Origin: Ramazzottius varieornatus
Taxonomy: Eukaryota > Animalia > Tardigrada
Length of the DNA: 64,000 nucleotides
Direction of reading: 5' to 3'
Assembly: GCA_001949185.1 (NCBI GenBank)
Contig: BDGG01000002.1
Location: 3,829,046 to 3,893,045 of the forward strand
Shown: positions 24,270-37,010 of the stretch, piece by piece
Layout of the letters: every line of letters begins with the position of its first letter
Position numbering within the stretch: position 1 is the stretch's first letter
Made by a program: the position numbers and the translations under genes
Notes under the pieces: model-generated
What the model was told of the DNA's origin: nothing
Seen by the model: the letters and a program-made list of their open reading frames with translations, nothing else
Databases searched by the model: none

Positions 24270-26638
24270 TGCACGTCAGTTGGTTTACAAATGGATGATG
24301 AAACGATGAGGAAATATGTCAAATGAACGGCGGAAGGGTACAGCACTGTCCAGTCAAACAGGTCGCGTGATGGAGGAGTAGCTTGACGTAAGGTAATGTC
24401 AGCGCTGGTCCAAGAGTCCACGTAATACCGGGTCTATTCGCTGGCGGAAAGTTTTGCTTAAAAATCGCCACATAGGCCAACAATCTTGACTTTTCAATAA
24501 TCCAACGAAGAGAATCTGGCTGTTATCGGGGTGAAGTATACGAAGGGCGATAGGTCCAAGAAGCTGACTGAGTGATCGCAGGCAATGGGCTGCGATGACG
24601 TGCTGTATCGTAGCAATTATGGCCGGGCCAGTGCTCCTACCCAGTAGAGCCCGGGTTTCAAGTACGAGGTACATACTACGCGCCGAGGCCATCGACAAAC
24701 AAGCCCGTGCAGCGAAAAACACGCAGCAGACACAGCAGAGGGAAAAAGTAAAGAGGGCAGAGAGCGAGACGAGTCATGTGAGGCAGAATGTGAATGGGGG
24801 CCGGCCCCGCCCCAGACGTACTGTCATTCCACCAGACCCCGCCCTACCATGCAGAAAGCCTCTCTCACACCTTTCCGTGCGACCAATGGGCGGAAAGCTC
24901 CTGGAAAGAACCCAGGAGCAGAACCAGAAGATCCTCCACTTTGCAGTGACGACAGCGCGGGACGGAAAAACATCACCGTTTATTATCGGATGTCTGCACT
25001 CAATCCTCTTCGGGAACTAGGACTTTTCCACCAGTGTTGTTCTGATTATGAGAATGCCGAATTGATTTCGCTTATCGAAATGATTTCCATTACAGTGACC
25101 CGCCCACAGTTGATTGATTGGACAGTAGCAGCCCATCGGAATTTAAATGATTTAAATGACGGCAATTGTACAGTAATTCCAATTCGATTTTGAATTCCGA
25201 TTGTATCACGTGTTCCTACAGACTTACCAAGGGCACGTGATTTCATTAGTCGGAATTGAAAATCGGAACAACACTTTTTTCCATTATTCCAATTTGGTTC
25301 GGTGCCCCTCGGATGCGTTTCGGGAACCTAAAATTCCCTTTTTAATCGAATGGCACCGGTACGTTTTCAACAGTGACACACCTCCAAGTAAGTCATCGTA
25401 ATTTGCCATCGTTGTACAATACCGATTCTCACACGCAGCGTAGACTTGCTGGAAATTCCAGTTTTGGCGAATTTGGCGAATAAAGGAACAGGTGTCGAGC
25501 GCAGGTGTGCAGTGAGCATCAGAACATGACGACACGCACCTAAAAACAGCGGTTCCGTCACCGTCTGACTTGATTAGATGCACTCGAACGCTGAACAACT
25601 ACAAGACTGCTTGGTTGACGAAAATTTGCACTGCGTGCATTCAGCCGGTGAAGAGGCTGAACAAAGTAGTCGAATTGAGCCAATTGCAGATTTATTCAGG
25701 AAATGGAGAATTTCCAGCAACTCTAACGCAGCGGGTCTCAACTCTGGCAGAAGATTAGTTCCATTCAGTGCTGACGTCAAGTATCTTTCCGGTTACGAGT
25801 AACTTAGATCATTAAAATTGTCCCCCGGGTTCCTCATGCTCTATGTGTCAGCAGTTCGGCCTGCTTGAATCTCCCTTGCTGTATGAATAAATCATGACGA
25901 AGGAGCCGACTCTCGCATTTCTCTCGCAACAGTTTGTCCATTTTACCAGACAATGTACATGCAGTTTGAATCACCGACCGAAAAGTGCTGTTAGTGGGTT
26001 TCTACTGTTGATGGTCCGGTTCGCCAAGTCGTACGTCGAGGTCCCTGCGTCACGTTTTTCCCGTAGGTTCGCACTGACGAGTCCCATGACTACGAGTATA
26101 ATTATCGATTTTGTTTGAGCGACTTCCGAACGACGACTGCAATCGATATCATCGCCCTTGAGCTGCATGATCGAAAAGTTCCTTTGCTCAAGAGATTGTG
26201 ACTATGACGCAAAATGACACGTAAATTTCTGCAACCATTGCACAAACCTTCCATCTCCAGGCTTTCCCATCCAAGGTCTCGCAATATTTGCCAATGCCTT
26301 CTCGTGAACGTCTTCGAAAACCTCATCAGACATGACAACTATCTCAAGCCACGACTTCCACCTTCTTATTCCAAACATCACCACGGCCGATGAAAGACAT
26401 CCGCATCCCGAGTACCGAGAGGATTTCCCTCAGTGAAATAGAAAATTTCCAATTGAATTCAGCAGTCTGTTGTCGCAAGTGGCGCACCCTCTCGGTTAAT
26501 AACAATCAAACCGTGCGCCACTTGAGATGACGACCTGGATGGGTTTATCTGCCGACGTCTCAAATTACCAACATATATTAAAGAGTATAAAAATCACAAG
26601 GATATCAAGCGAAGAAGCGAGAGATAGGGAGAAGGACT

Positions 26639-29588
26639 CTATGCTAGTTTAGGAATGATGTGTTTAGCAGAAAGAGCCAAAATGGGTGTACCAGCCGGAA
26701 GTCCGGGAAACGGACCCGCCGAACCAGCAATGTCGATGTGGGTGTACGGGATCGGATTCTCCGAGTCGATGCCGTGTTTGTCCAGTCCCGAAGCCGCAAT
26801 CATGAAGGCAGCGGGCAGCTGATGACCACGGGGAGTACGAGTGGATGGTAAGTTGTTGCACTGAAGCAGGTCCTCGTACTCGGAAGGTCCCTTGCACAAG
26901 GCGTAGTCTTCCCGACGGATGCTGGACAGCTCGACGGGTTCCGCCATCTTGCAGCCGTGATCGTACAGCTCGCGAGAAGAGTTTTTCTTCTTAGCTGGAC
27001 CATTATCTAGAACCGCCTACCAAAACAAGAACAAACATATGCTACATACGCCAAGTGAAACGTGGGAAAATGATGTAAACCAAATCGTTTTCCCAAGTGG
27101 CGCACTCAGCCGACAGAAACGTAAATGTCCGCCACTTGATACATCGATCTGGTTCGGCCCGCGTCCCAAGACTTATTGAGCCACCTCGAAGGACTAATTG
27201 TAGAAAGTTGTGTTTGTACCGAGTAGTCAGGACCGAAAGCCATCACGACATGTCCAGTCAACGTGGCAATGGTGTAGACCTGCGGGTTGAACAACTTCTC
27301 CTTGATGATCTTCTCCTTCATGAAGCACAGAAGGTCCGTCATGACCATGCGGCCTTCAGCGTCAGTGTTCCCCACTCGCACACGAACTCCAGCCCGGGAA
27401 GTGATAATTTCGTCAGCCACGTAACAATCTGTAAGAGCGCGATGTCGTCATTTTGCATGAGGTGGTGTTTATTGATGCGTAGGGGTTTATTGGGTGTAAA
27501 CAAAAACGACTCACTTTCGCCAATACTGTTACGGATCATGGACATGCTGCCGATGACTCGAATGCCCTTCGGTTTCAGTAACGACAAGGTCTTGAAGAAC
27601 CCAGCGACCGCTGCGGCACCGCACTTGTCACGATGCATACCGGCCATCACTCCACCTGCCTTGACGTCAGCGCCACCTGTATCGTAAGTGATACCCTGCA
27701 AAAAACAGCTCGAATCAGAATTCTCTTCATCAAATTAGGCAATGGTTCCAAATACGGATATTTAGCTTCTACGTACAAAAGTCTGAATATAAAGAAAAAC
27801 AAATTCGATGTTATTCGGCCATTTGTTCAGGTTTCTCAACGGCGAGTCAAGAGATTTATGTAGATAACTCAGTAGGAAAAGGTTCGCATCACATCCTTCT
27901 CCTTGACACGACTTTGCCAACTCAGTTGTAAATTAGACTTCAGTGGAAAAACGGTCAGGAAGACAGTAGAATCGCGATGCTTCGTACCTTGCCGACGAGC
28001 AAAACCGTTTCGGACGTTTCTCCTTCGCCATTGTACTCCAGTAGGATAACACGGCCATGGTGACGCGGAATCACTGCAACACGAAAATGAGACAGTAAAA
28101 CAGTATCATATTTCGAACTGCGTTGAACCTGGGATGATGGACCATTTGACGTACCGGAAGCAGCCCGGTTGACCGCGCCAAGAAGTGGAAACTCTTTGTC
28201 TAACTTGTCCTGGTCGTCGATGACTTCGATCTTGACGTCTGTTCCCTTGAAAGTCTCCATGACGTACTCGACCGCCTTAGGCGCGGCCATGCGCTCCGGG
28301 TCCGACCCACCGATGTCCCGGGCGACAATACTGAAACCACGGACCAACGTATTCGCAATTGGACTTTTCTACAGAAGGACCATTACCGTCCAGCCTCCAT
28401 CGCGGTGGCCGCTCGCTCGATATTGGTGATGCGAGTCGCATCGGGAATATGGAAGCCGATACGATCAGCTTTGACGGGAGTCTTACCCTCGACCTCTCGG
28501 AGCTCCAGCGGCTAAAAAGAGACGGACATTTCGTTGTTGTTTCTCACAAGCTATTTGGCGTTATTCTCACCATGTATACTGCTCTCAAGGCACCGAGAAC
28601 GGACACAAGTTCGGCTTGCTCGTAGCATGGGTTGCTTCGGATCTTGCTTTCGACATCGACGAAAACCAGGAGCGACTTTGCACCGGCTGACAATGCTCTG
28701 TAACGAAAACGATAGCAGGTCTGACGAGTGAGTGGAAGGATATGGGAGACTGATATGGCAAAGGCGGTCTGCGTACCTCTTGACGCCATTAGCAGCTGCC
28801 TCTTCGTAGCGACGCGCGTCATCGATGTCCCGGTTCAAAGGTCCAGTTGGAGCGAAGACCTTCCCATAAAGATAAGAGTTATGTTTGCTCCTGTAAGATG
28901 TGTTATCGGCCATTGGTACGATAACAGCTTCGCAGTCTACTTGGGGAAAGTCACCCAGATATGAAAATTTGTACCATGGTGCTAACCTGGTAGTTATGGA
29001 ACTGCAACCCTGGCGGAACAGGGCAAGAGAAAAAGTGTGTCTGCCGAACTTACCACTCGTTGAACTCCCAGATCGTTCTTCTGAGGAACTCGCAGGACGA
29101 CAGCGGAGCTGCTGGCCGCAGCATCGACCTGGAAACAAACAAAGGAAGATGTAAGTGGAGGACCTTCTGCCGAGTATTCACTATTCAGCCGTGAATAGCA
29201 TTGTTACTCCCGTCAAGAAGCGTATGTTGTCATATAAGCGCTGTCGCTGAAGGCAAGAATATACGTGACGTCTTGCGCCATGATCCTCACCTCCGTAATT
29301 TCTTTGAGCAGTGAATTCACGATGTCGAACCGAGGAAGAACACGGGAATCGGTGACATGCTTCTCTCCCACAACAACCAAAGTGTCATAGTCGGAAAGGC
29401 TTCTTCCATCCGCGATGAATTCGACCTTGGTATTCAGGAAAGTCCTGTGGCAAACAGAGACGAGCATTTTCAGTTTCTTCTTACTGTACCAGTCCACAAT
29501 CATTGTCAAAATGCAATTGCAACTGACCATCTTTCTTTGCAAGATTCGAAGCAAATACTCACGTGGAGTCCAGCTTGAGGCTCGCCAT
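26639..29588 (-). CDS. M17 leucyl aminopeptidase family protein (W07G4.4-like subfamily)
   Basis: Multi-exon gene with ARDIGGSDPERM, LVGK|GITYDTGGADVKAGGVMAGMHRDKCGAAAVAG, NTDAEGRM, IATLTGH and YTHIDIAGS. ATG at 29588 (MASLKLDS). Confidence 0.93.
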
Positions 29589-29922
29589 GGCTGAAGGGAA
29601 TGTGGAGAAATGGGTGAACTGTGCGACGGAAAGAGCAAGTGGTGAAACGTGTCGTCGCAGCAGCCGAAAAGAAAGGAGGCGTAATCCAACCGGTTGAGCG
29701 GCAGTCAGCTGATAAGGTGCGAGGGTCTCTTTGAGTGCGAATGATAACAAGCTGTGGTATCTTCTTTGCATACGATCAGCGGATCAGGTCGTGCCACGTT
29801 CCCTTCCTCCCTTCCACCTGACCACTGGCCAGCAACCAGTGTCTGGACAAAGAAGGAAAAAACTTTGCGAAAAGGTACGATTTGCTTTGCATCTCGATGA
29901 ATATGGACTTGGCAATTTGGAC

Positions 29923-31098
29923 CAGAGGTTGCTGGAGAGGTCACAAAAGTGACATGAAATTAGGCAAGGTTAGGGTCTTATGCTGGGCTAATGGTCAGAC
30001 TCGCGGCCAGTTGTGGACCACACCTCTACCCGCTCATTGGTTGTGATTCTGAACCGTGTCCGCCGCTATCTAAACCGAAAGCAGTCGTTAAAAGTTAGCA
30101 ATTAACATATTAATAGCTGGTTAAAACGAAAGGCATAGGCGAGTTTTCAAGTTTCATGTGCATCTGCTGTCGGCTCCTCCGTATTTTGAGATTGGGATGC
30201 CTTACAAGGAGAAATTAGTCGAACGATCGATCAATTCATTCAACATTATGTGAATTTCATTCAGCATCATGTGAATGCACCTCTGACGTGAGTGGCCAAT
30301 CAGCTGTTTCACGAATTTGCGTTCGGTGTAGTAACGTGGCCTAATTGCTAGACCCTCAGTCAAAGACATCAAGTTGGGGTGGACCTATTTCCATGTCACT
30401 TTGTGACTAGTGATGTTCTGATATATTATATTATAGTAGATGATAGTAGATGGTTCGAGCATCTACTATATTTGGTAATATTTAGTAAAGAGAATTGGCC
30501 ACCACATTCCAATATTTGTATTTTGGTAGCTTGAAACCGGAAGTGCAATATTTTATTATGATTAAGTTGTCCGTCATCTATAGTAAAATATATTTCAATA
30601 CGGGTAACGCTACCGCTGATTCGAAAAACTGGTTGATTTGCTGAGTTCTGATGCGTGTGCATTGGTTTCTCGATGTGCGACCACGCCTTATAAAGTGCGC
30701 CACACCGTAATGATGCCTTCACAGCAGCACAGTAGGGCTACTGCAAAATAGATACCCTTAAACATCGTGCACCTGCATACAGTCTGACACTTCAACCGGC
30801 CATGTTACAGTGTGCAAGTGCAGGGTGCAAGCTGTACTACAGTATTTTTGCTGACCTGATGGTTGTGATTCTGAATCTTCAGATCTTCCGTCGAGCTCTC
30901 CGATATTGAAATATATTTTAATAACCAACGCCCGAAACTTCTACTATAGTGATAATTTATTAAATCAGGTAGACGTTTTACTATAGTAGTGGTCACTTAT
31001 TAGAACTTTGATGGACGGCGGATATTTATTTTTATTATATTAGATCTGATTAACCCATATTATAACATCACTATTTGTGACCTCTCCAGCAACTTCTG
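29923..31098. mobile_element. Non-autonomous hAT-type element (~1.18 kb)
   Basis: TIR CAGAGGTTGCTGGAGAGGTCACAAA / TTTGTGACCTCTCCAGCAACTTCTG. The 8-bp flanks are ATTTGGAC (29915-29922) and CTTTGGAC (31099-31106), a 7/8 match. The interior is AT-rich and non-coding. Confidence 0.8.
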
Positions 31099-31982
31099 CT
31101 TTGGACCGAAGTATCACTCTGACGGTCTGACCGAAGTCACTCAAATCCAGTCACGTGGCAATGTACTGCGACACCCTGCCGGCATACAGAACTGTAATGC
31201 TTCTCGATTCTTGAACTTCGTGTAGTGACATCACGGTACGCGCGGAGCTAACAGGTGTTATGTCGCTCACATCATGACCCTGATGTGACGTCACGTTACG
31301 AAGTTCATGAAGCATCACAGTAGATACACTTGATGAACATACAACTTTATTTAAAGTTTCATGCGCAAGTTTTATCATACGGATATCTGCGGCCCAATTT
31401 GCGGAAGAACGATGGCTACTCAGATTGTTCAGGAATCAAGTTTTAAGATTTGGGACCCCAAGGGCAAACTCGAAATGCTGATGCAGTCTGTACCGTCTGG
31501 TGTAACGAACATCGAGGAACACAATGCTGAAGTCGCTTTGGCATCTGACCACTGGTCAGATGACTTCGGGGAAGGCTTCGCACACCACCTTCAGACAACG
31601 CAGCATCAGGCAACGCGGTGTAGTAAAAAATATGTGGCTTCTGATGGTGCCTCGTTTGCTCGGCCTTTCCAGTGGTCAGAACCACTAGCTATTTTTCAAC
31701 GGACGCAAAATAATTCGGTCTGCAGTCGACGAGTCGTAATACGAAGACTTTAATTGCCAGAAAAGAAATTCGCCGGTGTATCGACGCGATTATTGTGACC
31801 ATAAAGAAATGAAGAAATCAATACACATCTTGATACAAAATCGAGAGCGTCGTGAACTCACACTGCCCGATAGAATTTTCCAAAGAGCTAACTGACCAAC
31901 TCTGCGCCGAGAACTGTTGAAAGAGTGAGGTATTTTTCAGTTCGATACTTCTCAGGTTTTCCGTAGATTCTGCACGATTAAA

Positions 31983-32336
31983 ATGGAGTATCATGGTTCT
32001 AGATGGACGTACTTCCTCTTGATACTTGCTTACAGTTCGACTTTGGTGCCGGAAGTACTCGGAAGACCCGTTTTACGAAAACCTCGTCAAGCCATGAACG
32101 AAGCGGAGTGGATCCAGCCGCCGAGTTCAACGCTGATCGCTTTGTCGTCTCCTGCATTCCTCCCCTTCCTGTTTAGCAATCAGAACTCCTTTCCTTCGTC
32201 GAATAAGGTCGCAAAACTACCCTCGAGCGTCGTGGATCAGAGTAACTGGGACTTCTGGACCGGAGAGTCGTCCGGTATATTCAACGGTTCTTGGTCCGCA
32301 ACCACACAGTTTCCACTCTTTCTGCTGACCCCATAG
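31983..32336 (+). CDS. Hypothetical secreted protein (117 aa)
   Basis: ATG follows an acceptor-like sequence. It has a hydrophobic signal peptide (WTYFLLILAYSSTLVPEVLG) and a furin-like RKPR site. No family recognised. Confidence 0.4.
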   Translation: MEYHGSRWTYFLLILAYSSTLVPEVLGRPVLRKPRQAMNEAEWIQPPSSTLIALSSPAFLPFLFSNQNSFPSSNKVAKLPSSVVDQSNWDFWTGESSGIFNGSWSATTQFPLFLLTP

Positions 32337-32592
32337 CTTAGCTCGAAGAACTCTTCATGTACTCAGAGCAATAATTTGCGTTCTGGACTTCAATTTACTG
32401 TTTAACTTTCTGTCTCTCACTCACGAGAAGCCTGGTCGTGTTTCGCTTCCTGGAAGTTCACTTGTACCGTACTTCTATGGTGAACTGAGAAGGGCAAAAA
32501 GAGTGATACTTTTACTACACAGAGTTGTCACTATCATTCCTGCCGAAGGAGAGTGAAATGAGTTTGTACAAGTCACCAGCTGATAAGATATC

Positions 32593-33240
32593 TTAATATA
32601 AATGTCGGCCATTCTTATCGGTACCATAGACATGATTTTTCGGGACCGGTCGCTGAATCTGTCCACGAACATTCCCCCATTCGTCCACCTTGCCTGTTTC
32701 GTACGGTTCTATAGTCTCTTTTCTCACTCCGATATTCAGGTCCAGCTTACATTCGTATATGTTCTTTAGGTCCAAGTCAGGCTGGTAGTCGCCCCATGGT
32801 TTCGTGTGGTCCTCTATCTTCCCGTTGCTCAGCCTCCGGCTGTTATTCGGAAAGAAAGCTGCGTTGTTAGACCGCATGTTCCCTACGTACATTTCTGTTT
32901 CACCGGCACCTTGACTGTAATTGGGAGCGTAGTAAAAGTTATTCCTGCCAGAGCCTGTACCACCTAGCTGCCATTGAGCACCCCATCCGCTGGTGTGCTC
33001 CAGCGGAGCACTGGCGGGGAAACCACCTTGCACACTGCGCGGGCGGGACTGATGCTGCGAGCTCGGGGAGGAGAAGAACGTAGGCATTGTTTTCTTCGTA
33101 AGAGAACCAACATCTAGAGGACCTAGGCAAGCAATAAAAGCACAATTAGCACAAGACGGTGAAATCAGCACCCAGAGCAAATATCCAACCAAGGTCGAAT
33201 CTACCCTTATGAACTTCATTCCCACCCTTAGACGGGGCAT
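32593..33240 (-). CDS. Hypothetical secreted protein (~210 aa)
   Basis: A long single ORF with an N-terminal hydrophobic segment (LVGYLLWVLISPSCANC) and a G/N/Y/W-rich body. No family recognised. Confidence 0.55.
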   Translation of the reverse strand: MPRLRVGMKFIRVDSTLVGYLLWVLISPSCANCAFIACLGPLDVGSLTKKTMPTFFSSPSSQHQSRPRSVQGGFPASAPLEHTSGWGAQWQLGGTGSGRNNFYYAPNYSQGAGETEMYVGNMRSNNAAFFPNNSRRLSNGKIEDHTKPWGDYQPDLDLKNIYECKLDLNIGVRKETIEPYETGKVDEWGNVRGQIQRPVPKNHVYGTDKNGRHLY

Positions 33241-33464
33241 CTTTCACTGCGGTCTTTTTCTGATAGAATTCCGTAACAGCATCTGGCTTTGAAGCAACTG
33301 AAACAGGAAAGTGTCACTGCAGCAGCAGCACGGTAGCATCGTGATGAAGACCAAAAGTACCGCAGTCGCGTATGACATCACCAAAATTCTGTATCGTCAA
33401 CGGTAATGTGACTTGTGACAACAGATTGACGGATGGCGCCACCCACGGCAAGCAACCTGCAATG

Positions 33465-33698
33465 TTAAACTTTCGGAGCATACGCACTTGCCACTTCTTG
33501 AGCCTGAACGTTCTGTCTTTTAACACCGGTTCTTTCCGAGTACGTTTCCTGGTTGATGGTCGCTGTTTTGGACGTAATTATAGGTGAATGACGATCTCCA
33601 GACGGGCCCATTTGGTTCCACGATTTTCTGCGGACGCACTGGGAGATGATCTGCGATGGCCGCGGTAACTTGCAGCAGTGTCGTCCCAGCGTGGCCAT
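33465..33698 (-). CDS. Small hypothetical protein (77 aa) with mitochondrial-presequence-like N-terminus, divergent from SRSF1
   Basis: MATLGRHCCKLPRPSQIISQCVRRKS is Arg-rich and acid-free. It is preceded by a CTAAC branch point, pyrimidine tract and CAG, suggesting a 5'UTR intron. Confidence 0.35.
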   Translation of the reverse strand: MATLGRHCCKLPRPSQIISQCVRRKSWNQMGPSGDRHSPIITSKTATINQETYSERTGVKRQNVQAQEVASAYAPKV

Positions 33699-34242
33699 TG
33701 TGAGTCGGTAGTTGTGCCGAGCGATGTTCTGCCGCTTACGCTGCTCCAGAGACAAAGAAGCAAGTATTTAGTTAGAAACTTGTGTGATAACTCGATTTTT
33801 CTCAGAAATCATAGTAGTGTACTGTGGAATTTGCAGAAACTAGTCACAGTAGGTCAAAATTCCAGCAAGTTCAGCCTGTTTGGGATTACCCAGGCAGCCA
33901 GGGGTTAATTCCGGGGCCAATGGGCCTCTGCGGTGTTTCGCTAACACGAGGTACACACCAGCGGGCTCGCTAATGCATAAGAGCGGCACCCTCTCAGTGT
34001 GAGAGGCGGACAAAAAATTACCAGCTACAGCATAGTGAGCATACAGCTTCGTCTGGGCGTCTACCCTTCGGCCCAAGGGGCGAAGAGAAAAAATAAATTT
34101 TGCTGGTGTTCCCATTTTCCAAATTTCCACGTGTCCTCTTTTCGGTCGATTCTGCAGAAAAGTTTATCCCCCGATATCTCCATTCCGTCCTTCCTTCCCA
34201 GCTTAGGCATCTCGTCTCTTGCTACGCCGTTCTAGAAAGAAG

Positions 34243-35555
34243 ATGAGTCGAAGCCGTGTCTACGTTGGGAATCTTCCTCCTAACGTCAGGGAGAGGGACA
34301 TCGAAGGTAAGATACCTAGCCTGACCTCCTTCCAGAAATTTCGACACGTCTCATTTCAGTGATTTCACCATCTCATTCCGCCTTGCTCTGCTTGTGTTAA
34401 CGCTTCTAAGAAGTCAAGAAATGTGTGTTTAATTTCAGATATCTTCCGAAAGTATGGAAAAATCAATCAGATGGATTTGAGGACTAACAAGGGACCGCCA
34501 TTTGCTTTTCTGGATTTCGATGATTCGAGGTAACCATGGCTTACATTTCTTACGTGGCTGACGTGCAGACGCCTCACTGTCGAATGTTGATTTTCTATTC
34601 CAGGGACGCTGACGATGCCATTCATGGTCGTGATGGTTATGATTTGGACGGGTATCGTATTCGTGTAGAGCATCCTCGTTCACTCCGTGACAATGATCGC
34701 ACAGGTGGCTTTCGGGAGCGTGGTCGTGACAATGGTGGCTATGGAGGACGCAGTGGCGGCGGATACCCTGGAGGCGGTGGATATGGGCGACGAAACGACG
34801 GACTGCGTCGCTCTAAATATCGAGTGGTGGTTACGGGTAGGCATACGAGTATTTGTATCAGTTTACATGTTCAAATGTAATGTTGACATTTCAGCCATTA
34901 ATCATATGTTTTTCAGGTTTGCCCATTTCGGGCAGTTGGCAAGACCTGAAGGACCACATGCGTGAGGCTGGTGATGTCTGCTTTGCTGATGTTCACAAGG
35001 ACGGAACTGGACATGTAGAGTTTCTGAAGGAAGAGGACATGAAGTACGCCATCAAGAAGCTGGATGATACGAAATTCCGTTCGCATGAGGTAAATTGAAA
35101 TTCTGTCGAACCCAGCCCGCATTGTTATGCAAGTCATGTTATCGCATTGAGGCAGGCCATGTGAAAGCATACGTGTCAAGGTGGTCGGTCTGAAATTTCG
35201 GTGCTTGATTCTAGATCGATTGATTGATTTTTCACAGGGCGAAACCGGATATATTCGGATCAAGATTGACGACGGTGGCACCAGCAGCTCGCGTGCGCGT
35301 TCTCGCTCGCGTTCTCGATCAGGTTCTCCAGCTGATCGACGTCGGAGTCGATCGCCCATCGATCGTCGTTCTTCGCCCAAAGCCAAGAACGGCAGCGGTG
35401 GCCGTGATCGTGGCGAGACCAAGCGTGAACGCAGTCCTACGCACTCGCGTAGTCCATCGCCCAAACGGGAGGCTCGCGCAGCTTCTGCTAGTCGCAGCCG
35501 CAGTGCTTCACCCAACGGTCAAGCGTCTCGCAGTCCATCCCGCGAACGCGAATGA
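34243..35555 (+). CDS. SRSF1: Serine/arginine-rich splicing factor 1 (SF2/ASF)
   Basis: Five exons. RRM1 is RVYVGNLPP...[34 protein letters not shown], followed by a Gly linker, the pseudo-RRM [18 protein letters not shown]...[10 protein letters not shown]|GETGYIRI, and an RS tail. Confidence 0.96.
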
Positions 35556-36946
35556 GAAGGGCAGCATCCAAGATGGCGGAAGGAAGGCAGGAAAGGGTTT
35601 CGACGGTCATGATGGTCCTTAGAGGCGATTCTGGGTATCTATATCTTCATTCTTTATTCCAGCTCTAGACGCACGTCCCTAACGCATACAATCAACCAGC
35701 CTTATTTTGTTTTGCCCTCTTTTTTAGTTTCCGTGCTTGGTCTAATTTACTGTGAACCTTTTCATAGTGCACTTTTCCATCACGCAGTATTTCCCATAGT
35801 GTCGCTTAATGTCTTTTCCATTGTTTCCCAGACAATCGGGATGGCTTCGGTTGTGGAACATGGCCCCGATTGGAAGTGGACCTTGTCTCTGTGAGAGGAA
35901 AATAGCTGTGGACTGTCTCGTACTGGGAACTGGAGTGGATTAGGGATCGTTTTGTCTGTCCTCGATGGGTGTCAGCAATGTCATGGCTAATCGAACTGGG
36001 TTTCTGTGGATGGATTGGGTGATAAGTGGGTCTCCGGAACGATAGGGGAAATTTCAAGAAATGCTGAACTGGAACGTCCGTGCGCTATCGTGGACGCTTT
36101 GCAAGTTTTACCTCCTCTATCCTAACCCTGTCCCTCACCATGAAACAGGATTATGATGACGGTTTTGAAGCACAAACCATCAGCGAGGACTGATTTCTTT
36201 GGATGGATGATTTGTCGGTGGGCTGCGAAATTCTAAGCGATTGGGACAAACCACCAGACTAACCGAAGAGTCCTGTTCCCCATGGCCCTTGTTCTGGAAC
36301 CTCTATCATATACTTGGCCCCTCGAAATTCCGTAGAAGGGGGCCGTGTTTTTGACAGCGCAAACGATTAGATACCACTGTAGTGGTTTTCGAATAGCGAT
36401 ACGCAGAAGATCGTTGTCTCAAGTGGTGCAGATGCTCATTGTTGGCTGGAAGTGTGCGCCACGTGGGATCTTGTGAAGTTCGTTTGCCGGCTTCCCCATC
36501 GGTTCTGGTGGCTGAAGATGGTTATATATCTTCTGCGAGAACTGATAGGCTAAACGTATGGAGTTGACGAAACTCCTGGTTTATATTGGTCACTTCTTCT
36601 GTTTTAGAAGCTCCGTCATATCCTTGGCCTCGAGGTCCTTTGGAAGTGGCCACTGTTCAGATGGTGGTCTTGAAACAAAAACCGTCAGATTCAGCCGTCG
36701 GGGTTGGCGCGGTGTGCGGACTGGTTCTCTGCCTTAAAGGCTCCATCATAACCTCGTCCGCGGGTTTGTTTTGCGCGGACAGGGATATGATCGTGCTGTT
36801 GAGGCACAGGAGTGAAGACATGGCGGCCGTGCATGTTCAGACTCCGAACGGGTTGTGTGGATGAACTTTCTGGTGCACGCCTGGGATGGACCGAAAGAAG
36901 AAGTGAGGGATTTAAGCTTTCGAGCATAAGGAGCATTTCATCTAAT

Positions 36947-37010
36947 CAGAAGCTCCGTCGTAGCCTTGACCTCGCTGTTGCCCGAGGCCAAGGATACGAT
37001 GGTGCTTCTG
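36947..37010 (+). ncRNA. Pre-miRNA-like hairpin (28-bp stem, 8-nt loop) downstream of SRSF1
   Basis: CAGAAGCTCCGTCGTAGCCTTGACCTCG pairs with CGAGGCCAAGGATACGATGGTGCTTCTG, with 3 mismatches and 1 G-U. There is a basal TTCAT/ATGAA extension. Confidence 0.45.

Noticed and set aside
25185-25267. Inverted repeat upstream of hexokinase
   Set aside because: Imperfect, with no clear TSD. Likely an old MITE fragment.
25574-26168. Possible secreted peptide gene (IIILVVMGLVSA-NLREKR; Cys-rich downstream ORF)
   Set aside because: No suitably placed ATG, and I could not join the parts with an in-frame splice.
34913-35515. 200-aa antisense ORF over SRSF1
   Set aside because: Antisense shadow of the RS-repeat coding sequence.
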